DNA from: an uncultured archaeon
Lineage (GTDB): Archaea; Thermoplasmatota; Thermoplasmata; Thermoplasmatales; Thermoplasmataceae
NCBI GenBank assembly: GCA_000965745.1
Contig: CP009479.1
Location: forward strand, 1,152,001 to 1,216,000
DNA length: 64,000 nucleotides
Direction: 5' to 3'
Made by a program: the position numbers and the translations under genes. Below, in pieces: positions 19,930-29,645 of the stretch. Position 1 is the stretch's first letter, and each line of letters starts with the position of its first letter. Below the pieces are notes generated by a model. That model worked only from the letters and a program-made list of their open reading frames with translations, had not been told where the DNA came from and did not search any database.

Positions 19930-22125
19930 CTATGTACCTTCCACGCTGAGCACAAAAATCTCGCCGGCCAGTGGCGGAAGGGTAAGAGAGATAGAGTATT
20001 TTCTTCCGTGGCTCGGCTTCCTCTCGGATTTCACGGAACCAAGATTGCCGACCCCGCTTCCCCCGTATTCTTTGGCATCGCTGTTGAGCATCTCCTTGTA
20101 CACTCCCTCTTGATCAACACCTATCCTATACCCGTATCTCGGGACAGGCGTCATGTTGAAGACAAACAGGGCAGATTTCTTCCCTTCTTCTGAAAACCTG
20201 TAGAATGATATCACGCTGTTTTCAGTATCCTTGAAGTCAATCCACTGGAAACCCGGCGGGCTGCAGTCTCCCTGGTACAACTGAGGCATACTGCGGTACA
20301 GGCGGTTCAGGTCCTTTACGAGATGCATGAGGGAATTGTGCATTGGCTCATTCAGCAGTTCCCACTGTAGTGTGCCGTCGACGCTCCACTCTTTTGGCTG
20401 GCCGAATTCATCACCCATGAAGTGCAGCTTCTTTCCCGGGCTGCCTATCATGTACGTGTAAAGCAGCCTTAAGTTTGCAAATTTCTGCCACCTGTCCCCG
20501 GGCATCTTGTTGAGCATAGACCCTTTCATGTGGACGACCTCATCATGCGACAGGGGAAGGATGAATTTCTCGCTGAAAGCATACCAGGCCGAAAAAGTGA
20601 GGTTGTTATGCTCATGTTTCCGGTAGACAGGGTCGCGGGAAAAATAGTAGAGTGTATCGTGCATCCAGCCCATGTTCCATTTGAAGTCAAAGCCCAGCCC
20701 TCCCTGGTAGTGGGGTATTGTTACTCCTCCCCAGGCCGTGGATTCCTCAGCAACGGTGATGACTCCGGGATAGTTGTCATGGATCGATCTGTTCAGGTAC
20801 TTGATGAAATCGATTGCCTCGAGGTTCTCCCTCCCTCCATGTATGTTCGGGAGCCATTCTCCTTTTTTTCTTGAATAGTCCAGGTATAGCATGGAGGAGA
20901 CAGCATCAATCCTGATCCCGTCGATGTGATACTGTTCCAGCCAGAAAACTGCGTTCGATGACAGAAAGGCCCTTACCTCGTTCCTTCCATAATTGAAAAT
21001 CCTGGTGCCCCAGTCGGGATGAAACCCTCTCCTTGGATCTTCATGATCGTAAAGGTGCGTGCCATCAAAATTGGACAGCCCGTACTCATCAGACGGAAAA
21101 TGGGCAGGGACCCAGTCGAGAATAACGCCAATGCCGTTGACGTGGCACTGGTCCACAAAGTACATGAAGTCCTCAGGCGTGCCGTACCTCGATGTAGGCG
21201 AGTAATAGCTGACCACCTGGTATCCCCACGATCCGTCAAAAGGGTGCTCCATAACGGGCATTAGCTCTACGTGTGTGTAACCGAGGTCTTTCAAGTATGG
21301 TATCAGCTGGTCCGCTATGTCCCTGTAGTTAAGGAATTCCCGAGGATTTTCCCCCGGACGCCTCCACGAGCCGAGATGCATCTCGTAAATCAGGAGAGGC
21401 TCTTCATAGAAGTTCCACCTTTTTCTTTCTTCAACCCACCTGTTATCTTTCCAGTCATAGTTAAGGGGAGATACAACAGATCCCGTTCTTGGCCTGAGCT
21501 CAGTGCGGAAGGCGTACGGGTCAGCTTTGTCCAGAACTTTTCCGCTGCCAGTCCTGATCGCATACTTGTACACCTCTCCTCCCGTTACTCTTGGTACAAA
21601 GACTTCCCATATCCCTGAATCGCTGACGTTGGTCATGGGGGTGGCCCCTGCAATCCAGTGATTGAAATCGGCGATCACAGAAACAGCCCGAGCAGTTGGG
21701 GCCCACACTGTAAACCTGACTCCGGCAACTCCATCTCTCTCCTCGAAATGGGCACCAAAGGTCTCATAGCTTTTCAGAAATTCGCCTTTCTTGAACAGAT
21801 ATACATCATAATCGCTCACTGTGGCAGTGAAGGAATATGGATCCTCCCTCTTTTCCGTGTATCCGGATTTTTCGGTGAAACAGATCAGGTAATTGCGCCT
21901 GAATTCAGACTTTTTCACTTCTGCCCTGAAAGTTTTTCCGTTTCCTGATCGTTTCATATTGACAACGGAACCCTCCGGGCTGTTCTCTATCCAGGCATTT
22001 TCTGCCCTTGGCAAGTAAGCAACAATCCTGTAACTGCCCTCACCAGTAACATGCGGGCCCATCGTTCTTTCCGGATGGGCTTCATTGAATCCGGCGATTC
22101 TGAGTTCCTGCTCCGACAGAGACAT
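19930..22125 (-). CDS. glgB: 1,4-alpha-glucan branching enzyme (GH13)
   Basis: YEMHLGSWR, GSWGYQ, DWVPAHF, GIRIDAVSSMLY, AEESTAW, LSHDEVVH. Confidence 0.97.
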   Translation of the reverse strand: MSLSEQELRIAGFNEAHPERTMGPHVTGEGSYRIVAYLPRAENAWIENSPEGSVVNMKRSGNGKTFRAEVKKSEFRRNYLICFTEKSGYTEKREDPYSFTATVSDYDVYLFKKGEFLKSYETFGAHFEERDGVAGVRFTVWAPTARAVSVIADFNHWIAGATPMTNVSDSGIWEVFVPRVTGGEVYKYAIRTGSGKVLDKADPYAFRTELRPRTGSVVSPLNYDWKDNRWVEERKRWNFYEEPLLIYEMHLGSWRRPGENPREFLNYRDIADQLIPYLKDLGYTHVELMPVMEHPFDGSWGYQVVSYYSPTSRYGTPEDFMYFVDQCHVNGIGVILDWVPAHFPSDEYGLSNFDGTHLYDHEDPRRGFHPDWGTRIFNYGRNEVRAFLSSNAVFWLEQYHIDGIRIDAVSSMLYLDYSRKKGEWLPNIHGGRENLEAIDFIKYLNRSIHDNYPGVITVAEESTAWGGVTIPHYQGGLGFDFKWNMGWMHDTLYYFSRDPVYRKHEHNNLTFSAWYAFSEKFILPLSHDEVVHMKGSMLNKMPGDRWQKFANLRLLYTYMIGSPGKKLHFMGDEFGQPKEWSVDGTLQWELLNEPMHNSLMHLVKDLNRLYRSMPQLYQGDCSPPGFQWIDFKDTENSVISFYRFSEEGKKSALFVFNMTPVPRYGYRIGVDQEGVYKEMLNSDAKEYGGSGVGNLGSVKSERKPSHGRKYSISLTLPPLAGEIFVLSVEGT

Positions 22126-22294
22126 ATGCAGTATATATTAGAGCAACACTATTATACAAACATTATGGAATATCGCCCGAATAAAAAATGGCGCATTTGG
22201 GCAGATAATCACTCAGTACAATTCTCCGGGCGCCTGAAATATCCGAAAGGCGAACACGCAAAGAATTAAGAGTCGAATTCACTTCACACCTTAC

Positions 22295-24244
22295 ATGGTA
22301 AGATATCTTCCATTGGCAAATGGGAGACTCAAGGTAAGTTTTGACCGTAATCACAGGATAGCAGACTTCTATTTTTCGGAATTTGCGACCGAAAACCACG
22401 CAGGAGGAAGCACCTTCAGGCATGGAATATCGGTAAACGGAGATTTCCGCTGGGTGGATTCAGACATCATACGAAACATGACTTACTTTGACCATACACT
22501 TGTGGGGAATGTTGTCTACGAGGTTGATGGTCTCACAGTGGAGAATTTTGATGCAGTTGACATCTACAAGGACATCTACCTGAGGAAAGTTAAAATAAGC
22601 AACAGGACAGACCAGCGAAAGGAAGTCAGGTTCTTTTATCACCAGAATTTCAATATCCGGGGAAGCGACATAGGCGATACCGCCCAGTATGTGCCTGAAC
22701 TCCTCGGCGTAATGCATTACAAGGCGGACGCCTATTTTCTTGCGTCCGTGCTGGATCAGTTCGGGAACAGCATTGACCAGTATGCAACCGGCGTTGAGAA
22801 ATTTGATGGCAAAGAGGGGACATGGAAGGATGCAGAGGACTCTGAACTCTCAATGAACCCTGTGTCCATAGGTTCTGTAGACTCAGTAGTACGGTATTCA
22901 CTAACAGTTGAGCCTGGCGGGGAATCCGAGTTTTTCTATTTCATACTCTGCGCAGACCAGATGAAGAACCTGTCGGAACTCAGGAAGAACATCAGCTACA
23001 CAGACCTAGAAAAAAGCCTGGCAAGAACATCAAATTACTGGAGGTTGTGGTCATCGAAAAAACAGCTTGCCATGGACGAAGCCGCCAATTCCCTTTACAC
23101 ATCCTCACTCCTTATTCTCAGGACTCACGCCAATGACATCGGGGCAATTGTTGCATCCTGCGACAGTGATGTCCAGGGGTTCAACAAGGATGGATATTAC
23201 TATGTATGGCCCCGTGACTCATCCTTTGCTGCGTACTCTATGGCCCGTGCCGGCCACAGTACCCCTGCGAGGGCTTTCTTCACTTTCTGCGGCAATGCAA
23301 TCACCGATGAAGGGTATCTTCAACACAAGTACAGGGCAGACGGGGCACCTGCCAGCACATGGCTCCCGCACGTAATCAATGGAGTGCCAATTCTTCCTGT
23401 TCAGGAGGACGAAACTTCCCTCGTGCTCTGGGCGCTGAAAAAGTACTTTGAAGAATACAGGGATGTCGAATTCATATCCTCGATTTATGAGAAGCTGATC
23501 AGAAAGGCCGCGGATTTCGTAGTTGCTTTTACTGGGGAAAACGGCCTGCCAAAGGAATCATTTGATCTCTGGGAAGAACGCTATGGCGTTCATGCGTATA
23601 CCGTTGCCACTTCATACGCTGCACTCAAGGCGGCTGCGTATTTCGCAGACGTGTTCGGGGATGTCGAAATGGCAGTGGTCTACAACAACCAGGCTGAGAT
23701 AATGTCCGAGGCTTTTGAAAGGCTTTTCTATTCCGAAGAGAAGGGTTACTATGCCAGGGCGATAATAGGAGGTGTCCCTGACTTTACGGTTGACAGCTCA
23801 TTAACCTCGCTTTACAATTTTGGATTCCGGGACCACCGGAACCCCAGGGTGAAGGCAACGGTGCAGCAGATAGAGAACAGGCTATGGGTCGGGCAATCCG
23901 GAGGAATAGCACGATATGAGAATGATCCTTATCAGCGGAGGTCGTTCAGTTCAGACACCCCCGGCAATCCATGGATAATTACAACCCTCTGGGTGGCAGA
24001 TTACCACATCAAGACAGGCGACCTTCCAAAGGCTAGGAAGTACATTGACTGGGTTATTTCTACCAGGAATTCCACGGGAGTATTGCCGGAACAGGTGAAC
24101 CCCCTTGATTTGTCTCACATTTCAGCTTCTCCACTTGTATGGAGCCATGCCCAGTTTATAATCACTCTGATGGATTACAAGGAAGCCCTTGAAACCAAGT
24201 CCGGCCAGCAAGTGAGGGCAGATCCGCTTCCACTGAGAAGTTGA
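22295..24244 (+). CDS. GH15 glucoamylase/trehalase-like glycoside hydrolase
   Basis: YYYVWPRD, DLWEERYG, LPEQV, PLVWSHA. Confidence 0.92.
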   Translation: MVRYLPLANGRLKVSFDRNHRIADFYFSEFATENHAGGSTFRHGISVNGDFRWVDSDIIRNMTYFDHTLVGNVVYEVDGLTVENFDAVDIYKDIYLRKVKISNRTDQRKEVRFFYHQNFNIRGSDIGDTAQYVPELLGVMHYKADAYFLASVLDQFGNSIDQYATGVEKFDGKEGTWKDAEDSELSMNPVSIGSVDSVVRYSLTVEPGGESEFFYFILCADQMKNLSELRKNISYTDLEKSLARTSNYWRLWSSKKQLAMDEAANSLYTSSLLILRTHANDIGAIVASCDSDVQGFNKDGYYYVWPRDSSFAAYSMARAGHSTPARAFFTFCGNAITDEGYLQHKYRADGAPASTWLPHVINGVPILPVQEDETSLVLWALKKYFEEYRDVEFISSIYEKLIRKAADFVVAFTGENGLPKESFDLWEERYGVHAYTVATSYAALKAAAYFADVFGDVEMAVVYNNQAEIMSEAFERLFYSEEKGYYARAIIGGVPDFTVDSSLTSLYNFGFRDHRNPRVKATVQQIENRLWVGQSGGIARYENDPYQRRSFSSDTPGNPWIITTLWVADYHIKTGDLPKARKYIDWVISTRNSTGVLPEQVNPLDLSHISASPLVWSHAQFIITLMDYKEALETKSGQQVRADPLPLRS

Positions 24245-24258
24245 TTTCCTTCATCTGT

Positions 24259-25239
24259 TTATGAGTTGTAGATTGTGAGCACTGTTTCCAGATCTCTCAG
24301 TGCCAGTTCAGGCGGGAATGGAACATCGGAATCGTTGTTTATGCTGTCAATGAATCCCTGAATCTCAGCATAGAACACATCGAAATACCCGGTCTGAAGG
24401 ATCCTGTTATTCACGACTGGGTCTCCAAATGCCCGGTAACCTCTCAGGGCCTGGAACCCAGGCCCCGGCCTTGTCCCCAGATCCTCTATTATTGCACCGT
24501 TGTCGCCGATTATCTCATAAGAGGGGACCTGCAGCATGCCGGAATATGCCCAGGAGTGAAAAAGGAGGCCCTTGGCACCGCTCGTGAAGTCGAATATTGC
24601 CATTGCAGTATCTTCGGCAGCCCTTAAAGAGTCGCCCTTGTAGCATCTTGAAGTTACAGCCTCATATTCGCCGCCTATGTTCAGCATGGCATCGACAAAA
24701 TGGATTCCGCCGTCTATGAGGGACCCTCCGCCATTTGCCACCGGGTCCCACCTCCACTCTGTTCCTCGGTGAAGTCTCTGGTTTCTCATTATGATGGTGT
24801 GCATTCTGCCAATCTCGTTTTTCAGGATTGAGTCCCTTATTCTTGCTATTGCCGGGTCGAAATAATATTGTTCTGCAACCATCAGTTTTTTCCCGGTTTT
24901 TTTCGACAGTCCAATCATTGATCTTGCATCTTTAACATCTGTAGCAAGTGGTTTCTCAACAATCACATGTTTACCTGCATTCAGTGCCTTCAACGCCATA
25001 GGGGCATGGAGGTTATGCGGCACAACAAGGTCGATCATGTCCGCATTGCTCCTGAGCGCTTCATCGAATCCACCGTAGACAGATTTTATGTTGTAGTTGT
25101 CCCTGCATAATTTCACGGTTTCGTGGTCTCTCTCAACTATGCTGACATCGACATCGATTTTGGAGAGCGCTTCGAGGTGATACTTTCCGAAACCTCTGCA
25201 GCCTACAACCACGTATTCCATTGGAAAAAGTATTCTCAC
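24259..25239 (-). CDS. Gfo/Idh/MocA family oxidoreductase
   Basis: VVGCRGFG Rossmann motif, GKHVIVEKP, GGGSLIDGGIHFVD. Confidence 0.92.
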   Translation of the reverse strand: MRILFPMEYVVVGCRGFGKYHLEALSKIDVDVSIVERDHETVKLCRDNYNIKSVYGGFDEALRSNADMIDLVVPHNLHAPMALKALNAGKHVIVEKPLATDVKDARSMIGLSKKTGKKLMVAEQYYFDPAIARIRDSILKNEIGRMHTIIMRNQRLHRGTEWRWDPVANGGGSLIDGGIHFVDAMLNIGGEYEAVTSRCYKGDSLRAAEDTAMAIFDFTSGAKGLLFHSWAYSGMLQVPSYEIIGDNGAIIEDLGTRPGPGFQALRGYRAFGDPVVNNRILQTGYFDVFYAEIQGFIDSINNDSDVPFPPELALRDLETVLTIYNS

Positions 25240-25288
25240 ATCGTTTAACTATTTTGGGAGAGTCGGCGTGTATCTGCGGGCGGTGACA

Positions 25289-25881
25289 CTAAACCTCCTT
25301 CACAATATCGAATTCATCACCATTTCCAGATGACTCCCTGCTGTACTCAGAATGGCCCCTGAGAATCCGGATGGATTCGCCAATCAGCATCCCCGCAGTC
25401 AGGGCCAGGACTGAATCAACTATGAAGGCAATCTCGAAGTTCGCGCCGTAGGCGCAAACAGGGTGGGCCTGGCCACGTATGGGGCGAGCCAAATTACCGT
25501 CACCACGGGCGATCTCTTGAAGAATAGGGCTCACCCGTTTTTGAGGAACGAGATCTGTTTACCGAACATGTAACCTATGCCAAAACCTACCGGCATTGTT
25601 AGTAGTGATTTAAATGCTATAGGATAAGCATATTCGAGGGGAACTATGATCGCTGCGGTAAGAATCACATAGATGATCGGGAGGGACAGGACTCTTCCCC
25701 TGCTGAATCTTCGCCCTCTCACTGCCCACATTATACGCCTTACAACAACCCAATCAACAATTACGAGTAAGAAAGCAAGGTCCCCTGGATTTCCCAATCC
25801 GGTGGGGGAGGTGGCGGTGTCTGGCTTGAAGCGCTGTCGAGAATTGAAATAAGGGCTTTCTCCAGCAACAATATCTGACAT
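25289..25881 (-). pseudogene. Disrupted membrane protein gene (DUF1453/CcdC-like)
   Basis: In-frame TGA at 25531-25533 is followed by protein-like ALFFKRSPVVTVIWLAPYVAR. A frameshift then leads into ...FEIAFIVDSVLALTAGMLIGESI. Confidence 0.65.
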
Positions 25882-25980
25882 CTGTCAGATTTTGTCTTAT
25901 AAATATTCTCGATGCAAATTCCGTCCGGAAACCCTTCAGACCCGATATCTATTATGTATCCCGGGCATAACAGTTCAAAG

Positions 25981-27057
25981 ATGTGCAATCCGGATACCAC
26001 CCACAGGATATACTTTGAAAAGTCTCACGAAATGAAACAGCTTGAGGACGAATCTGTGGACCTGGTGGTCACTTCTCCACCGTACCCTATGATCTCAATG
26101 TGGGACGACCTTTTCACTTCCATGAGCCCGGAAATCGGTCTGCAACTTAACACCGAAAACGGATGGATCGCATTTGACATGATGCACACTGAACTCGATA
26201 AGACATGGGGCGAACTGTACAGGGTTATGAGGAACGGCGGGCTTGTCTGCATTAATGTCGGAGATGCCACCAGGAAGGTGGGGAATGAGTTTGCTCTATA
26301 TTCATCACACAGCAGGATAACAGAACTGATGCTGCAGCATGGCTTTCATGCCCTCACAGGCATATTGTGGAGAAAGCCTACCAACTCCCCGAACAAGTTC
26401 ATGGGGTCCGGAATGCTCCCAGCGGGAGCCTACATAACTCTTGAACATGAACATATCCTCGTCTTCAGGAAGGGCGGGAAGAGGGTGTTCGCCACCGAGA
26501 AGGAAAGGGAGAACAGGCGCAAGAGCTCATATTTCTGGGAGGAAAGGAACAGGTGGTTTTCAGATATATGGCAGGACCTAAAGGGTGCAAGCCAGATCCT
26601 TGACCCGGAAGGGCCAAGGAAGAGAAGCGCTGCATTCCCCATCGAATTGCCGTTCAGGCTCATAAACATGTTTTCAGTGAAGGGTGACACAGTTCTCGAT
26701 CCCTTCCTCGGTACCGGAACCACGTCGGTTGCTGCCCTGATGTCGCAGAGATGCAGCATTGGGTATGAAATGGATGAAAAACTATCCGGGATTATACACG
26801 AGAGAATTACAAATTCAGGAAGCATTTCAAACGCGTATCTTATGGACAGGGTCCTGAAGCACAGGGAATTTGTCAGTAACCAGCAGGAACTCGGGAAACA
26901 GTTCAAATATCACAACGACCACCTCGGAGTGCCTGTGAAAGAACGTTCCGAACAGTACATTGAGCTGAACCTTGTCAAAAAAGTCTCACCGATTGAGCCG
27001 GGAAGGCACTATACGACAATTTACGAGCCTGTCAAGCCTCTTCCGGGGAGACGGTGA
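25981..27057 (+). CDS. Site-specific DNA methyltransferase (beta class N4-C/N6-A), orphan
   Basis: Motif IV VVTSPPY near the N-terminus; motif I VLDPFLGTGTT near the C-terminus; no adjacent endonuclease. Confidence 0.9.
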   Translation: MCNPDTTHRIYFEKSHEMKQLEDESVDLVVTSPPYPMISMWDDLFTSMSPEIGLQLNTENGWIAFDMMHTELDKTWGELYRVMRNGGLVCINVGDATRKVGNEFALYSSHSRITELMLQHGFHALTGILWRKPTNSPNKFMGSGMLPAGAYITLEHEHILVFRKGGKRVFATEKERENRRKSSYFWEERNRWFSDIWQDLKGASQILDPEGPRKRSAAFPIELPFRLINMFSVKGDTVLDPFLGTGTTSVAALMSQRCSIGYEMDEKLSGIIHERITNSGSISNAYLMDRVLKHREFVSNQQELGKQFKYHNDHLGVPVKERSEQYIELNLVKKVSPIEPGRHYTTIYEPVKPLPGRR

Positions 27058-28294
27058 CGCCGTGAATTTTCTCATTACGGGTCAGGAAAGCTGATGTCAG
27101 AAATCCTATGATCATAAAGGTTGTGACCGAAATTACCCCGGTTAACCTGAAATTCACGAATGACAGCATGACTCCAAAGAAAGTTCCTCCTATGATGCCT
27201 CCCGCGTAATAGAAGGTGAAGACGAGCCCGGAAGCGGCCCCCACCGATCCCTTGTCTGCGTAATCCTGGGCGGATGCTGCAATAACAATGATGAGGCCGT
27301 TGTAGGATGCACCGAAAATGAAGCTTATGACTATCAGCGCTACTGAATTCATGTAAACCCCGAAAATGATGAACGAAGTAACAGCCAGCAGCCCGTAAAG
27401 AAGCAGTAAAACATTCTTGCGCCCGATCCTGTCACTTGCATAGCCGAACGGGAGCGTGAATATTATGCCCCCTATTCCAAGCATGGAAGCCGTGATTGCA
27501 CTTATGAACTGGCTCATGTGCAGATAGTTTATGAGGAAATGGGAAAAGTAACCAATAAACCCAAAGAAACCGATGCCATAGAAGAATATTCCTGTGAAAA
27601 CAAGCGTCGTGTTCCTGTTGAACAAACCTTTCCTGGAAAGTCTTCTCTTCTCCCCTCTACCGCTGTATACATTCGGCATGAAGGCAAGCACGAGTAGTAT
27701 GCTGGCAACACCTATTACACCTGCGATCAGAAATGACTCAAGGTAAAGTGGGGCGATAAAGGACTCAGAATATGGCCCGAACAACAGGCCTATGCTGAAG
27801 GCAATACCAGTCAGTGAAAGCAGAAACCCTCTCTTCTCGGGGTAAGCAGTACCCATGAAACCCATCACGGTCCCCTGCAGCATACCGGTTCCCATTCCAA
27901 CCAGAAACCGGAGGAGAAACAACTCGGGAACATTTTCCACGAAGCCGGTTAGCACTGACCCGCTTGTAGCAAATATGAGGGACAGGAGGATAATCAGTTT
28001 TATGGAAATCCGGTTGAACGCTATTCCCCCTACTGTGGCAAATATGATCACCCCCAGTGTGAATGCACTTACCGATATGCCTATGAAAAGTGTGGGAGCT
28101 TTCAGGTAGGAGACGATGAAGGTGGAAGCATAGAAGTACAGGTTTATGTCATACGATGCAACAAAGAATGTAAAGACGAGCGAAAAAACAAGCAGTGTGT
28201 ATATTAGCATCTTGCCGGAGAATCGCTCTTTTACATCCTCAATATCTAGGTGGCCTTTGTGTCCGCTCATTGAACTCATGGGACCTCTTATCAC
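27032..28294 (-). CDS. MFS transporter
   Basis: 12 TM; GYASDRIGRK motif A; RFLVGMG. Confidence 0.92.
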   Translation of the reverse strand: MIRGPMSSMSGHKGHLDIEDVKERFSGKMLIYTLLVFSLVFTFFVASYDINLYFYASTFIVSYLKAPTLFIGISVSAFTLGVIIFATVGGIAFNRISIKLIILLSLIFATSGSVLTGFVENVPELFLLRFLVGMGTGMLQGTVMGFMGTAYPEKRGFLLSLTGIAFSIGLLFGPYSESFIAPLYLESFLIAGVIGVASILLVLAFMPNVYSGRGEKRRLSRKGLFNRNTTLVFTGIFFYGIGFFGFIGYFSHFLINYLHMSQFISAITASMLGIGGIIFTLPFGYASDRIGRKNVLLLLYGLLAVTSFIIFGVYMNSVALIVISFIFGASYNGLIIVIAASAQDYADKGSVGAASGLVFTFYYAGGIIGGTFFGVMLSFVNFRLTGVISVTTFMIIGFLTSAFLTRNEKIHGVTVSPEEA

Positions 28295-28439
28295 GGGTAT
28301 TGCAACATCAGTATAATTATCATTAGGGATTAATTCAATAAAGGTTCAGATCAGAACCATCTTCATGCCTCTACAATTCCTGAAGATGGATGTGACTCCC
28401 ACATCACTTTATATTTCATCTTATCATTTTGTGGCGCAA

Positions 28440-29123
28440 ATGAAAAGCAGCACCATTCGAACAATATTTTTTGATCTGGACGGCACCATAGTTGACAGCG
28501 AAGCAAAGGCAGTTAACGTGGTTCAGAGAATAATGCCAAACTATCTTGGGAGAACCCTGACCGGAGTTGAGCTAAGGAACTTCAAGGGAGTTCCATGGCT
28601 GGGTGCATTCCGGGAAATGCTTCCCGGCAGGGAATATGAGATATATGAAGAATGTCTGAAAGAATGGGACAGGATACCCACCAAACTCAACGTTTACAGC
28701 GGAATTGTTGAGGAGATTAAACATCTGAATAGAATGGGTTTCACCCTTGGAATAGTCTCCTCCAAGGAGAGCAGGTACATTCATATGGACCTTGAAGACT
28801 TCTCCATTTCAGATTATTTCAGTGTTGTAATCGGAAGCGATGATACCTTGCGACACAAGCCGAACCCGGACCCACTGATTGAAGCTGCAAGGAGGATCAA
28901 CAGGAATCCCGCAGATTGTATTTACATAGGCGATCAGCCAACTGACATGTCAGCTGCAAGGATGGCTGGAATGAGGTGCGGGGGAGCATTGTGGGGAGAT
29001 GGTGAGTATGAATATCTCAAAGATTCCGCACCGGATTTCATGTTCAAAGACCCCGCTGATATCACCGAGAATCTCATCGGCCTTTCTGAAAGTAGAGCAG
29101 GAAGCTCACAGGACAATTATTGA
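28440..29123 (+). CDS. HAD-superfamily hydrolase IA (PpaX/Gph-like)
   Basis: FFDLDGTIVDS, VSSK, KPNPDP, YIGDQPTD. Confidence 0.92.
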   Translation: MKSSTIRTIFFDLDGTIVDSEAKAVNVVQRIMPNYLGRTLTGVELRNFKGVPWLGAFREMLPGREYEIYEECLKEWDRIPTKLNVYSGIVEEIKHLNRMGFTLGIVSSKESRYIHMDLEDFSISDYFSVVIGSDDTLRHKPNPDPLIEAARRINRNPADCIYIGDQPTDMSAARMAGMRCGGALWGDGEYEYLKDSAPDFMFKDPADITENLIGLSESRAGSSQDNY

Positions 29124-29200
29124 TTAAACCTCTTGTCCGGTCATTTTTATGGGTCATTTCGGTAAAAATTCATTTTTGTTATCCAAAAATTTCCAAAATA

Positions 29201-29285
29201 TGCGAGGGATGGGATTCGAACCCACGAACTCCTACGAGACAGAATCTTAAGTCCTGCACAGTTGGCCAGGCTTTGTTACCCTCGC
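29201..29285 (-). tRNA. tRNA-Leu(TAA)
   Basis: GCGAGGGTAACAAAGCCTGGCCAACTGTGCAGGACTTAAGATTCTGTCTCGTAGGAGTTCGTGGGTTCGAATCCCATCCCTCGCA; TAA anticodon, long variable arm, TTCGAAT T-loop. Confidence 0.97.
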
Positions 29286-29310
29286 AATCAATCGGTTTAT
29301 ACTCCGGGAA

Positions 29311-29320
29311 TATATTAAAA
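29311..29320 (-). promoter_or_regulatory. TATA box of tRNA-Leu promoter
   Basis: TTTTAATATA ~26-35 nt upstream of the tRNA 5' end; identical in copy C. Confidence 0.6.
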
Positions 29321-29411
29321 GTGCTGAAATTCGACGAATTAGGGAAAGGTGTCCTGTCTTGAGAATTGATTGTGGGAGAACACTGGGTTAACCCGACTTG
29401 AAAGATTTTCA

Positions 29412-29449
29412 TGTAATACGAGTATATACAGGTATATACACGTATTACA
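29412..29449. repeat. 38-bp near-perfect palindrome
   Basis: tgtaatacg-a-gtatatac-ag-gtatatac-a-cgtattaca. Confidence 0.9.
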
Positions 29450-29645
29450 AATCAGATAACGAATTTGTATGGAGATTTCTCGATAATTTGTCCAACATCA
29501 GAAAATAACGGTTTAAATGTTGATTGTGAACTATTATTCATAGCAATGAACAGCCAAAGAAAGAGACAGAGGAACAGGCAGCCATAAGGAAAGAGATCAG
29601 GATAATTTAGAGAAATAATTGCAGTAATTTTATTCATAAAGGGAT

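Larger units (their letters stand above)
29260..29610 (+). repeat. Direct repeat copy A (tRNA-Leu 5' 26 nt, promoter, dyad, degenerate small gene)
   Basis: 29260-29333 is identical to 31517-31590 (74 nt); homology continues with decreasing identity for ~340 bp. Confidence 0.95.

Noticed and set aside
25531-25533. TGA recoding (selenocysteine or readthrough)
   Set aside because: A frameshift follows shortly after, and there is no redox-motif context, so pseudogenisation is simpler.
29120-29412. ORFs 29120-29362 (+) and 29179-29412 (-)
   Set aside because: They overlap tRNA-Leu; the translations (GWDSNPRTP / VRGFESHPS) are typical tRNA read-through artefacts.
29501-29539. Four-copy motif interpreted as an integron attC site
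   Set aside because: It folds only weakly, is ~40 bp, and lacks paired RYYYAAC...GTTRRRY ends. There is no intI, and the spacing to ATG fits an archaeal leaderless promoter.
29452-29637. 61-aa minus-strand ORF
   Set aside because: Antisense to the degenerate promoter/MAK module; its similarity to ORF 35588-35929 merely reflects the DNA repeat.
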